From Histomonas meleagridis 2922-C6/04-290x (taxonomy: Eukaryota; Protista; Parabasalia), in NCBI GenBank assembly GCA_020184695.1, contig JAANOX010000225.1, positions 74,095 to 138,094 on the forward strand: DNA of 64,000 nt, given 5' to 3'. Of this stretch, positions 54,409 through 64,000 are shown piece by piece; position 1 is the stretch's first letter; each line of letters starts with the position of its first letter. The notes under the pieces are model-generated. The model was given only the letters and a program-made list of their open reading frames with translations, had not been told where the DNA came from and did no database searches. The position numbers were made by a program, and so were the translations under genes.

Positions 54409-56250
54409 ATGTTACAATTCATTAAGCAGAGTATTTCTGATTTGAATGAAGATAATATCAATGAAATTGTTAAATTGTCTTTAAAATATTTTAATGAAAA
54501 ATTTTCATATTCATTTAATTTTATTATTTGTAGAATCTTATATATACATTATCAGACGAAATGTTTACATTATAAAATATATATTAAATATATACAAGAA
54601 CTTGAAAAGAAAGAAAATGAACATTTTAAAAAGAACAACAAAGTAATGACAATTTTTATCTAATGAATCATATTATCTTTTAGAAAAAATGATTGAAAAT
54701 AATATTATTGATTTCAATATTTGTAAAAATATAAAAACTCCATATTTTATTCACCAGATGCAAAATTTCAAAAAAGATATGTATTGTTCTACAGATAATA
54801 ATTTGGCACCAATGTGGAGAAATTTCATTGAGAAATATGACGAATTATCAAAGAATGATTGGGAACTCCATAAAAATATGTCAGAGAAGGACATAATCCG
54901 AATGAAATTGCAAAAGTAATCCGAAATGATGAAATCCAAAAACTTCAAGAAATATCATCACAAACAAATTTTGATTTTAACCAAACAATTGAACCATCAC
55001 TTTATGAAAGATATGACTTTATTAATCATGAAAATTTCACATTAATTGATTATACAGCATTTTTTGGATCAATTAAATGTTTTAAATATTTACTTATGAA
55101 TGGTTCTAATATAAAAAAATGTGGAAAATATGCAATTGCTGGTAAAAATGAAGAAATCATTCATTTATGTAAGCAAAATCATTCATCATTTAAAGATGCT
55201 TATGAAACAGCAATTAGATTTCATTATAATGATCTTTTCCATTATCTGTATGAAAACAAAATTGGTAAAATATATAATTTGGAGGAATTAGGAAAGAAAT
55301 GTGTTTTATTTTATAACTATGAACTTCTTTCATTTTTTATAAAGGAAGGTATGAAAATCAGTTCTTCACTTATCATTACATCAATAGAAAGCGGTGATTT
55401 ATTTCTTTTGCAATATTTTTTAACAAAAAATCAAATAAAAATAAATTTAAATGATATAACAACGTTTTCAGGTAACAAAGAAATAATTGATTACATAAAA
55501 AAGAATGGATATATTGTAATTTATGAAAATGTTTAATATTTTTAAATAATATTCATCAAGATAATTAAAAGATTTTTAAAAAATATTTGAAATTTTATTA
55601 AAATTTTCATGGTTCTTTTAAATGCATCTAAAAATGGTATTATTGAAATTGTTGAATTTCTTCTCGAGCAAAAAGGAATTGATATTAATTTCAAAGATAT
55701 TTATTTATTTTATTTGATGTTTCTTTATATAATTTTGGATTTCAAATTAATATTTGGAAATTATTTAAAATATTTAATACAGCACTTATGTTGGCATCTG
55801 AAAATGGTCATATAGAAATAGTTAAATTACTTCTTGAACAAGAAGGAATTGATATTAATGCTAAAGACATTTATTTGTTTTATTTGATATTTATTTTAAT
55901 AATTTCTTATTTCAAAATAATATTTGGAAATTATTTTAATTATTTAAAACAGCACTTATGAGAGCATCTATATATGGTCAAACAGAAATAGTTAAATTAC
56001 TTCTTGAACAAGAAGGAATTGATGTTAATACTAAAGATATTTATTTGTTTTATTTCATATTTATCTTGATAATTTTGGAATATTCCAAATTAATATTTGG
56101 AAATTATTTATAATATTTAATTCAGCACTTATGTTTGCATCTTCCAATCATTTAGAAATAATTAAAATTCTTCTTGAACATAAAAGGAATGATGTTAATG
56201 CTAAAAATATCAATTTGTTTGATTTCATATTTATTTTTATGTTTTAAAAA
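54409..56250 (+). other. Ankyrin locus D: DUF3447-type N-terminus plus cassettes with 78, 80, 80 and 83-nt spacers
   Basis: ORFs 54409-54663, 54689-54919 and 55096-55536 join via single-base homopolymer shifts. Cassettes start at 55609, 55779, 55949 and 56122. Confidence 0.85.
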
Positions 56251-56829
56251 TTAACATTTTAAAATGACTTGCACAAGTTAGCCTAAATTTTACATAAAAT
56301 GTAAATTAAAATGTCAACAAAGATAAATTAATTGTTTTTGGTTTAGTCAAAGGCATCTAATCGTTTCATTCTGTTTACGATTATTTGTCTATTGCATTGC
56401 ATTCACCAACTCCACCAGTAACAATGAATTATCCAAGCATTACATCCACTTTATGAAAGCCAATTAGTATATCTATTTCACGAACTTTTCCGAAGTATGT
56501 CCATGATTTTGATAAAGACATGGATTGTTTCTAGAATCGCAAATTCATTGTCGGTAGCATCAACGCACATGCACATGAGCAAGGCAGCGTATGGATGGTA
56601 AATGATTTTGTAATTCTTATATTAGATTTGCTGTTCTTCCGGAAATTAAACGATGGAGTTAAGTACTTTTCATCAATTTATGTCTACATGAAAAAAAAAT
56701 TTTTTTGACTGATATTTTTTGTATTTTCATGCGATTGTAAAATTATTAACCTTTTAACACATCAACATCGTATTATTTTTCGAGAAGCTAGGATTTATAT
56801 AAAAATAATGTTTTATAAGTGCTGTAATG

Positions 56830-57270
56830 TTAAAAAAAAGTATAACTAGTAATAATTGAACCATAATAAGAAATTTGTGTATTTATATATGTGTATTGTT
56901 GATTAGTCATAGAAAGTGTTAATGTATTAGCGAAGAAAATTCTTTTAATTATTGTATCGGCAAATGAAAATGAATTAATGACAACTGAATTAGTTTCCAA
57001 ACTTGAGGAATTCCAATGTGTTGATTCGGTACCAAAAAGATTGTGTTTCCCTTGGAAGACATCCTTCAACTATTACTCCTTTGGATGCTTTTAATGAACC
57101 AATGTATCATTTTTATATGAAATCGGTGTAACAACACTATCTGTAGCCACAGATGTGAAAACATTTAGTCCAAATGATGGTTCTTCTAAACCATTATAAT
57201 ATATACAACTAAGATTAGAACACCCAAAAAATGCAGAATTTCCAATTGATGTAACAGAAGATTAAATTGT
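56830..57270 (-). pseudogene. BspA-like 3' fragment abutting the mariner
   Basis: Minus strand reads SVTSIGNSAFFGCSNLSCIYYNGLEEPSFGLNVF, paralogous to 51040-51130, followed by stops. Confidence 0.6.
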
Positions 57271-57272
57271 TA

Positions 57273-58357
57273 TGAGGGGTGCAAAAAGTTCTGACCCCAC
57301 CCCAGTTTCTCGATGAATAAAAAAGATATATTTTTTTACTTAACTTTTATTTATGGAAGTACTCTCCTTGATTCTCAATCACCCATTCAAGTCTTTTTTT
57401 CCATGCTTCAAACACCATTTGAAGCTCTTCAAAAGTGACACCGTCGAATATGCGTATAATTTCATTTTATGAATCTTCTTCTGATTTTATCCTTACACCC
57501 TTTAGGTTTTCCTTTGCCAATCCAAAAAACCAAAAATCGCATCAGCTTATGTCTGGTGAATAAGGTGGATGAGGGATTCTATTAATTCTTTCTTTTATTA
57601 ATTTTTGAGTAACAAGTGACCCATTATGAATTGGGGAGTTATACATATGTATTTTTATGTTTTTCAAATTTGACTGCTGATTGTCATATTTAACATTTTC
57701 ATGAAATCGTGGTATAATATAATAAATGAAGTATCGCTGATTAAATTCGCAATTAGGAGGTAATGTATAAATACATAGCATTTTCGTCCCATTCCAGAAA
57801 ATTGTAATCATTGTTTTTTTGAATTGAATTTTATTATTTACTATCGATGGCATTTGATCACGTGATTCAGCATACATTTCTCTATATTTATATTAATAGA
57901 AGAACCACGACTTGTCATCAGTTATAATTGTATTAAAAAAGTTTTTTCTGGCGTTTATCAATTCTTCTAAAATTTCTTTGGAATACTGGACTATCTTTTT
58001 CTCATAGTTCTCCGATTGCATATGGGGGATCCACCTTCTTCGATACTTTTTTAAAGCAAGGTCATTAATTAAAACAGATTTAATACAATTTGGTGAATGA
58101 TCTAGTTATGCTGCAATATATTTTGCGGATAAAAATGGTTGTTCTTCAAGCATTTCTCTGATTTGATCAATTATATTATTTTTAGGCCTTACACTCCTTG
58201 GTAAATCATTACAACTTAGGTCACCTGTATAAAATTTTTTACACCAGCGTTTGACACTTGAAAGTGAGATATTAGATTGAGGCAGAGCAGTACTTATTTC
58301 CCTATAAATTGGCCATACAATTCGTCTAAGAATTTGAATACACATTCAATTTTGAGA
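57273..58357 (-). mobile_element. Decayed mariner, 5'-truncated
   Basis: TA at 57271-72 then TIR tgaggggtgcaaaaagttctgaccccacccc, related to the outer TIR at 3249. Transposase remnants IITDDKSWFF, IHMYNSPIH and HPPYSPDIS*CDFWFFG. No partner TIR is found. Confidence 0.88.
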
Positions 58358-58530
58358 GAACGCGAAGCTTTTTGATAGGAACGATAGCACTTTTAGCACC
58401 ACTTTCCGCATAAACCTATCAAAAACCTCACATAACCAACACGAATTGTCCCCGGTTATCTTTGGTCGGAGGTTAGTAGTCAAAAAGCGACGGTTATTTT
58501 TTGGTCGCATGTCAAACTTTATTTTTATAA

Positions 58531-58827
58531 ATGCTTAAACCTGTGACTAAAACGTATTTTTGTACATCGCAAAAAGAAAACCGTTTTCCGCCTGAATTTG
58601 TGGATTCTCAAAATCGGAGATATATAGTAGTACAACAATGTAAGTGTAAATTTAAGGAATATATAGTATCTGATGTTTCAATGCATGCTGATTTTATTGA
58701 ACGTGACCATTATAAAGATTATTTTTTTGTATTTATACAAATGAAAAATAGAACTAAATATAAGAAATATGAATATAAAAGTAGAAAACCAAATTTTAAA
58801 ATATGGTTTAAAAGAAATGAATGGTAA
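58531..58827 (+). CDS. Small Maverick-type conserved protein (possible beta-rich minor capsid; 3' frameshift)
   Basis: FPPEFVDSQN.RYI...SMHADFI...FKIWF recalls the trichomonad Maverick ORF (LPADFVNS...SFHSDIV...FNCWF; unverified). Continues out of frame as MNGKEIEPEYF. Confidence 0.55.
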   Translation: MLKPVTKTYFCTSQKENRFPPEFVDSQNRRYIVVQQCKCKFKEYIVSDVSMHADFIERDHYKDYFFVFIQMKNRTKYKKYEYKSRKPNFKIWFKRNEW

Positions 58828-58898
58828 AGAAATTGAACCAGAATATTTTTATGTTAGAATTATTATTAATTTATTAAATAAAAAAATCATTTTTATCA

Positions 58899-60638
58899 AT
58901 GTTTAGTATTGAGAATGCGACGAAAGGAATAAAAAAACCAATGTTGTTGCTGCTCCTGAAATAATTGATAAAGATGATCTAGAAGAAGTTTTTAGAAAAT
59001 TATCCTACAAATGACCAAATAACAGAAAAACTTAATACTATAACTTCGATTACATTACCTCAATTATATTATAACAAATCACAATCAGATGAAAAATATT
59101 CTACAAAAAGTCATACTCATAATACAATAAATAATGATTTAACAGTAAATGGGAATGTACAAGTTACTTCATTAAATGGTTTTCAATTGTCAACAGCAGA
59201 AGGTGGTAAATGGGATACAAAATTAAATGTACCATCTATTTATTACATTAAAAGATGACGGTGTTGTAGAAGTTGGTCAATATATTGATATGCATAATAA
59301 TGCAGATTATGATAAAAGATAATACATGGAGAATAACTGCTAATACTAATTCATTAGATTTTTAAATCAAAAACTGGTTCATTATTAAGTTTTGGAAGTA
59401 ATGGTAATATTATATGTACAACTATTAATAATTTAGATACATCTAAGATATCTTTAAATGATCATAATCATGATGAGATTTATGCTAAAAAAGATCATGA
59501 ACATACAAACTATGCTTCAACAGAACATACACATAGTTATAATGATTTAAATGATAAACCTGAAACATTTCCACCTTCAGAACATACACATACGGAGTAT
59601 GCTTTAAAAGATCATAATCATGATACAAAATATGCTGCAACAAAACATAAACATAGTTATAATGATTTAACAGATATTCCTCCAGTAGAATCACACATGC
59701 ATAGTTGGGGTGATTTATATGGTATACCTGATGGATTCGTTCCTATAGAACATTTTCATGATTATAGATATTCATTGCTTGATCATACACATACAAAATT
59801 TAATAATGATATTACTATTAATGGTAAAATTAACAATTATTATATTAATAATGGTTCTACAGCAAATAATTATTTAAATACTTTACCTTGTATAGCTACT
59901 ATTAAAAGTGATGGTGTTATGGAAATAGGACAGTACATTGATTTTCATGATAGTAATGATGATAGTGATTACAATTGGAGAATAAGAACTGCTGATAATA
60001 CTATGTATTTCGGTAAACTTAATAACAGTAATGGTAATATCAGTTTTAATGGTGATAGGAGTAATATAAATTGTAATTCTATTAATGATATTAATGTAAG
60101 TTTTTGCTCATTAAAAGGCCATGCACATAGTTATAATGATTTAACAGATATTCCTTCAGGTCTTGTACAAATAAATACAACTATTATTCATAATGCTCCT
60201 GTTACAGAAGATTTAACACAATTTCAAATTGGTTCACCTATATTTTGTACAGGTAATGTTTTTTCATTAAAACAAAATGGCGTATATACTTCAAATACAT
60301 TTACAACAGATTGTATACCATCAGTTAAAACTACAGGTACTTATAAAGAATATATAGGTATTTGTGTAGCTAAACATGAAACTGGATATAAAGCTTCAAT
60401 AGGTGATGTTATTAAAAGAGAAGTAGAAATTTTACAAGATACTATTGATTTTGCTACACATGGAGATTTTTATTTTAGAGTAAATAATACTGCAGATTAT
60501 GAAATTGGTGATGTAGTATTATTTGATAATAATAAATTATCAGATGATTTAGTAATAACGACTAAAATATTAAATTCAATAGTTGGTAAAGTAACAGGTA
60601 AAATAGATGAACATTTATTAAGTGTATTTAAAGAATAA
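58899..60638 (+). CDS. Phage-tail-fibre-like protein with Maverick-type C-terminal domain; 5' part frameshifted, frame open 59358-60638
   Basis: HxH repeats (HTHSYNDLNDKPETFPPSEHTH), two DGV.E.GQYID.H modules and C-terminal TTDCIPSVKT...YIGICV...FATHGDFYFRV. Confidence 0.72.
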
Positions 60639-60670
60639 AAATAATATTTTATTTCATTTTATTTTTTTAT

Positions 60671-62290
60671 ATGGATCCAGTTTATAAAAAAAAGAGAGAA
60701 ATACAAAATTCATTCGAAAAATTGATTAAAAATGAATTAAATAATCAAAATTCACAATTAAAAGGTAATTTGAGTCTTGAAAATTTCATTAATTTTTTGA
60801 ATGAAAAATATAATAGGGAGTTTAATTTTACACCTGAATTTAATACTGGTACAAAGCCATTAGTTGAAACATACAACAATTTAGTTAATTATTATATAGA
60901 TGTGAGCTTAGAAAGAACAACAGATGAACAATTTAAAAATAAACAATTTGACGATTATAAGCAATTTAAATATAATTTTATTAAACTTTTTATCAAAACT
61001 GAAAAAATTACACCTATTAATGGAAAAATTGGAGGAAAAACAATCCCAGAGCATTATGAATATTATATTAGAAAGATTATCAAAAAATTGAATGAGATGT
61101 TTGCACACAAAGTTTTTGAAGCTAAAAAAAAGCCTCTCAAATTTAATAAATATTGTGAAAAATTAAGGAAATATTTATATGGTATTGAAATAATTGATAA
61201 TAAAATTGGGAACGTATTTACATTCGATTCTGCTTATAGTAATTATTTGTTACAATATTTTAGTAAATTTCCTCGTGACAATACATATAAAAATTATAAT
61301 ATTTATGAAGATTCTAAGAATTCACCTTATATTAACACAGGTTTCAAATCTCGTTCGAAAAACAAATATTTATTTGATAACTATTTACTACCATATCATA
61401 TTGATTATACAAAATTAGATTCACAATTTAAACCTAATATAAATTATTTTCCTTATAAAAGAAATAAAAAATATCAATTAAAATATATTGGTAATAATGG
61501 TGAATATCAAATGGATTTATTTTTTTCTGGTTATGATGAAACCACTAAAACAGAAACAAAATATTGTTATTTATTAGCAGTTGAAATTAGGTCTAGATTT
61601 TTATTTTATGCCTATACTAATACAAAAATAAATGATAAAATAACTACAAAGAAATCAATAGAATCTATAGCTAAAGCTTTATTTATATTATATAATGCAG
61701 GATTTAATCCTAAAATTATACATTGTGATTCTGAAAGAACATTTTTCTATCAAAAACTTTTACAATATATAGTAGCACATTTATCTGGTGTAAAAATAAT
61801 TCCAGTAAAAAGAATAATTTTAGAAGATAAATCTTATCCTATTCATACTTCTTTAGCTATAATAAATAGAATTTGTAGAACTATTAGAGATATGGCTGAT
61901 AATATGGGTTTAAAAGAAATAGATCCATATCATATGAAGAAAATTGTTGGTAATTATAATAATACTTATCATAAAACATTAAGTCAATTAAATCACAAAA
62001 AAATTTCGCCAATAGAAGCTTTTAATCAAGGAAAATCTTTTAGTTTAGAGTTACATAAATTAAATGATAAAATTATAAACCAAGAAGGATTTTATTTACC
62101 TCCTGGTACAACAGTAACAGTTTATAACACAGATCAACTAAAAAAGAGATCAAAAATATTACCAGATATTTTTATAGTAGATAATTTCGAAAAAGGTAAA
62201 TATAATATTCATAATGAAAAAGGAATAAAAATGTCAGTACCAAGATATTTATTAAATCCTGTGCCTTATCCTATTAATTTTAATAAATAA
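60671..62290 (+). CDS. Retroviral-type (rve) integrase of Maverick/Polinton type
   Basis: QMDLFF, YLLAVEIRSRF, IHCDSE, IINRICRTIRDM, YNNTYHKTL and SPIEA. Confidence 0.88.
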   Translation: MDPVYKKKREIQNSFEKLIKNELNNQNSQLKGNLSLENFINFLNEKYNREFNFTPEFNTGTKPLVETYNNLVNYYIDVSLERTTDEQFKNKQFDDYKQFKYNFIKLFIKTEKITPINGKIGGKTIPEHYEYYIRKIIKKLNEMFAHKVFEAKKKPLKFNKYCEKLRKYLYGIEIIDNKIGNVFTFDSAYSNYLLQYFSKFPRDNTYKNYNIYEDSKNSPYINTGFKSRSKNKYLFDNYLLPYHIDYTKLDSQFKPNINYFPYKRNKKYQLKYIGNNGEYQMDLFFSGYDETTKTETKYCYLLAVEIRSRFLFYAYTNTKINDKITTKKSIESIAKALFILYNAGFNPKIIHCDSERTFFYQKLLQYIVAHLSGVKIIPVKRIILEDKSYPIHTSLAIINRICRTIRDMADNMGLKEIDPYHMKKIVGNYNNTYHKTLSQLNHKKISPIEAFNQGKSFSLELHKLNDKIINQEGFYLPPGTTVTVYNTDQLKKRSKILPDIFIVDNFEKGKYNIHNEKGIKMSVPRYLLNPVPYPINFNK

Positions 62291-62294
62291 ATAC

Positions 62295-62794
62295 TTTTTC
62301 TAATGAGATATTAAAATTCATCCATTAATGTGTTATATTCTTTTTTATATTGTGAACTAAAATCATATCCATTAATCTTAATTGAATAAAATTAAACTTA
62401 TAGCTTGTATTAAATCATTAGCATTAATAATAATTTATCCACTATTATCAATTAAATTTGCTATTAATTTCATATTATTTGTTTTTAATATTGCACTAAA
62501 TGTTAAAGCTATATGTTTATATAAAGCACTAGCATTATCAGTATTAAGTTCAGTTTCTCTTGTAATTATTTTTGATGTTTTTTCATTAACTTCAGGATAA
62601 TGTGCTGGTGTTTCACTATTGTTATTATTAATAATTACTTTACAATTAGCACTAGAACTATTATGTTCAGTATTATTCTTCCCTACATGTGGTGAGAAAT
62701 CACTTATTTTAATAATAAAAAATAATGATTTTAAAAATTTTTTATTCGAAACCACGTTTAGTGTTAATATATTTATATAATGATGATTTAACAT
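62295..62794 (-). CDS. Maverick-type hypothetical protein (DUF4108-like by recollection), frameshifted
   Basis: ORF 62435-62800 continues out of frame to IKINGYDFSSQYKKEYNTLMDEF, recalling a trichomonad Maverick protein C-terminus; unverified. Confidence 0.4.
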
Positions 62795-64000
62795 CTGCAA
62801 ATTTATTCTTATCTAGTAAAATCTCAGAAACTGCTTGCTTTGAAGCACTTGTCCAATAATTTTCTCCTGTATCTTCTCTAATATATTTCTTAGCTGTTTT
62901 CTCATCTTTAATATTTTGACCTGCCAATATCTTATTCATTCTTGTTTTTATAATGTCATTATAAAATTTAGCAGATACACTAAGTATTGGAAACATTCCT
63001 TTAATCATAGCTAACTTTACAGGAAGTTGTTCATCATCAGCATTATTCTTTTGATAATCTTTAAGATAATCATTATAAATTGGCTTAATAACATATCTAG
63101 TAAACACTTGATTTGCTGTTCTCCTTTTTGGTTTGTGTGTTTTATAAACATCTCTAACACCTGTATCTTGATAATACTTTAAATTAAATTTATCAACAGT
63201 ATCCATAATTTGTCTACCTTCTGGGGTAGGTTCTACCCTAGGATCATCAAATGGCTTATTATCATCATATGAAACTTTTCTTATATATTTATCCATAAAT
63301 TCATCGAAATCCTCTATATGTTGACCTTTTGCTCTCAAAAGTTTTCTATTTTGTGGACTACCATATTTTTGTTGTAAAAATCTTATATATTGACTTTCAT
63401 AGGGGTCATGTTGTTTAACTGTCCATCCATTTACAAATTTTGCTCTTTTATGTTGATCTGCAACTATAACATCTGGAATACCATCCTTATTTATATCTTC
63501 TTCAATTGCAGTCCAATGATATCTTGGATCCTTTTTTTTATCTTTATTATGTTTTTCAACTAATGCTCTTGCTCCTTCTATTGTTTGAAGCTCTCTAATT
63601 TTTTTAACATCTTTCTTTAAATCAAGAATAAGATGTGCTAATGTATCCATATTTTCATCCAATATAACATTACTTCCTCCAGTATATTTATATTTTGATT
63701 TATCTTCTATAAAATCATACATTTTACCACCAGGAGTTCTAATGTGATATTCAGGAGGTCTTGGAGGTGGTGGTAAACCTTTAGTATTTGTTCTTCTTTT
63801 TTGATATTTTCCGCCCACTTTTTCATAACCCAATGGTGGAATTTCGTTAGACAAAATTGGTTTAATGTCTTCGATAGTTACTGTTGGCTGCACTGATGAA
63901 AAATGATCTTCATATTCTGTTTCTTCCAAAGCATCATCCTTTAGAACTTCTGGATGAAATAATGCTAGTTCATCAAAAAATGGATGTCCAATATTTTGTA
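62742..64000 (-). CDS. Maverick-type conserved hypothetical protein (5' end beyond the window)
   Basis: Frame is open to nt 64000. WTAIEEDINKDGIPDVIVAD...VNGWTV recalls a trichomonad Maverick ORF. Confidence 0.7.
   Translation of the reverse strand, partial: QNIGHPFFDELALFHPEVLKDDALEETEYEDHFSSVQPTVTIEDIKPILSNEIPPLGYEKVGGKYQKRRTNTKGLPPPPRPPEYHIRTPGGKMYDFIEDKSKYKYTGGSNVILDENMDTLAHLILDLKKDVKKIRELQTIEGARALVEKHNKDKKKDPRYHWTAIEEDINKDGIPDVIVADQHKRAKFVNGWTVKQHDPYESQYIRFLQQKYGSPQNRKLLRAKGQHIEDFDEFMDKYIRKVSYDDNKPFDDPRVEPTPEGRQIMDTVDKFNLKYYQDTGVRDVYKTHKPKRRTANQVFTRYVIKPIYNDYLKDYQKNNADDEQLPVKLAMIKGMFPILSVSAKFYNDIIKTRMNKILAGQNIKDEKTAKKYIREDTGENYWTSASKQAVSEILLDKNKFADVKSSLYKYINTKRGFE

Larger units (their letters stand above)
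58358..64000. mobile_element. Maverick/Polinton-like endogenous element (partial, runs off the window)
   Basis: rve-type integrase plus compact ORFs that resemble, from memory, Trichomonas Maverick conserved proteins. A second diverged copy lies nearby. No polB, ATPase or major capsid gene is within the window. Confidence 0.78.

Noticed and set aside
54409-55100. Programmed frameshifting in ankyrin N-termini (also near 345, 1243, 22276, 59358)
   Set aside because: Most of these are single-base indels in A/T homopolymers, the typical long-read assembly error; they cannot be called biological without reads.

Overview
AT-rich, gene-dense eukaryotic DNA with intronless housekeeping genes. Inr-like and M3-like promoter motifs, BspA-like LRR genes and DUF3447-type ankyrin genes point to a parabasalid (trichomonad/tritrichomonad-like). 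Housekeeping genes (DCAF8-like WD40, VAMP7, NCKAP1, importin-beta family, RSL1D1, Ctf4/AND-1, XPF, GDP-mannose 3,5-epimerase, a p97-like AAA, an NF1-like giant) and two identical tRNA-Lys(CTT) genes are interspersed with three decayed DD34D mariners (two nested), a MITE, an (AAT)200 tract and a partial Maverick/Polinton-like element. That element has an integrase and a phage-tail-fibre-like gene, and an inverted second fragment of it lies 5 kb upstream. The most striking unexplained structure is in four ankyrin loci. Each ankyrin repeat is a stop-free 84-93 nt cassette (T-A-L...K-D), separated from the next by a non-coding AT-rich spacer built from 20-nt units. Of 27 spacers counted by hand, 17 are exactly 60, 80, 100 or 120 nt; they shift the frame in all three phases and lack GT-AG or parabasalid intron signals. 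This suggests an undescribed excision, recoding or cassette-assembly mechanism (inference). Caveats: many single-base frameshifts fall in homopolymers and may be assembly errors, and all family assignments are from motif recognition without database searches.
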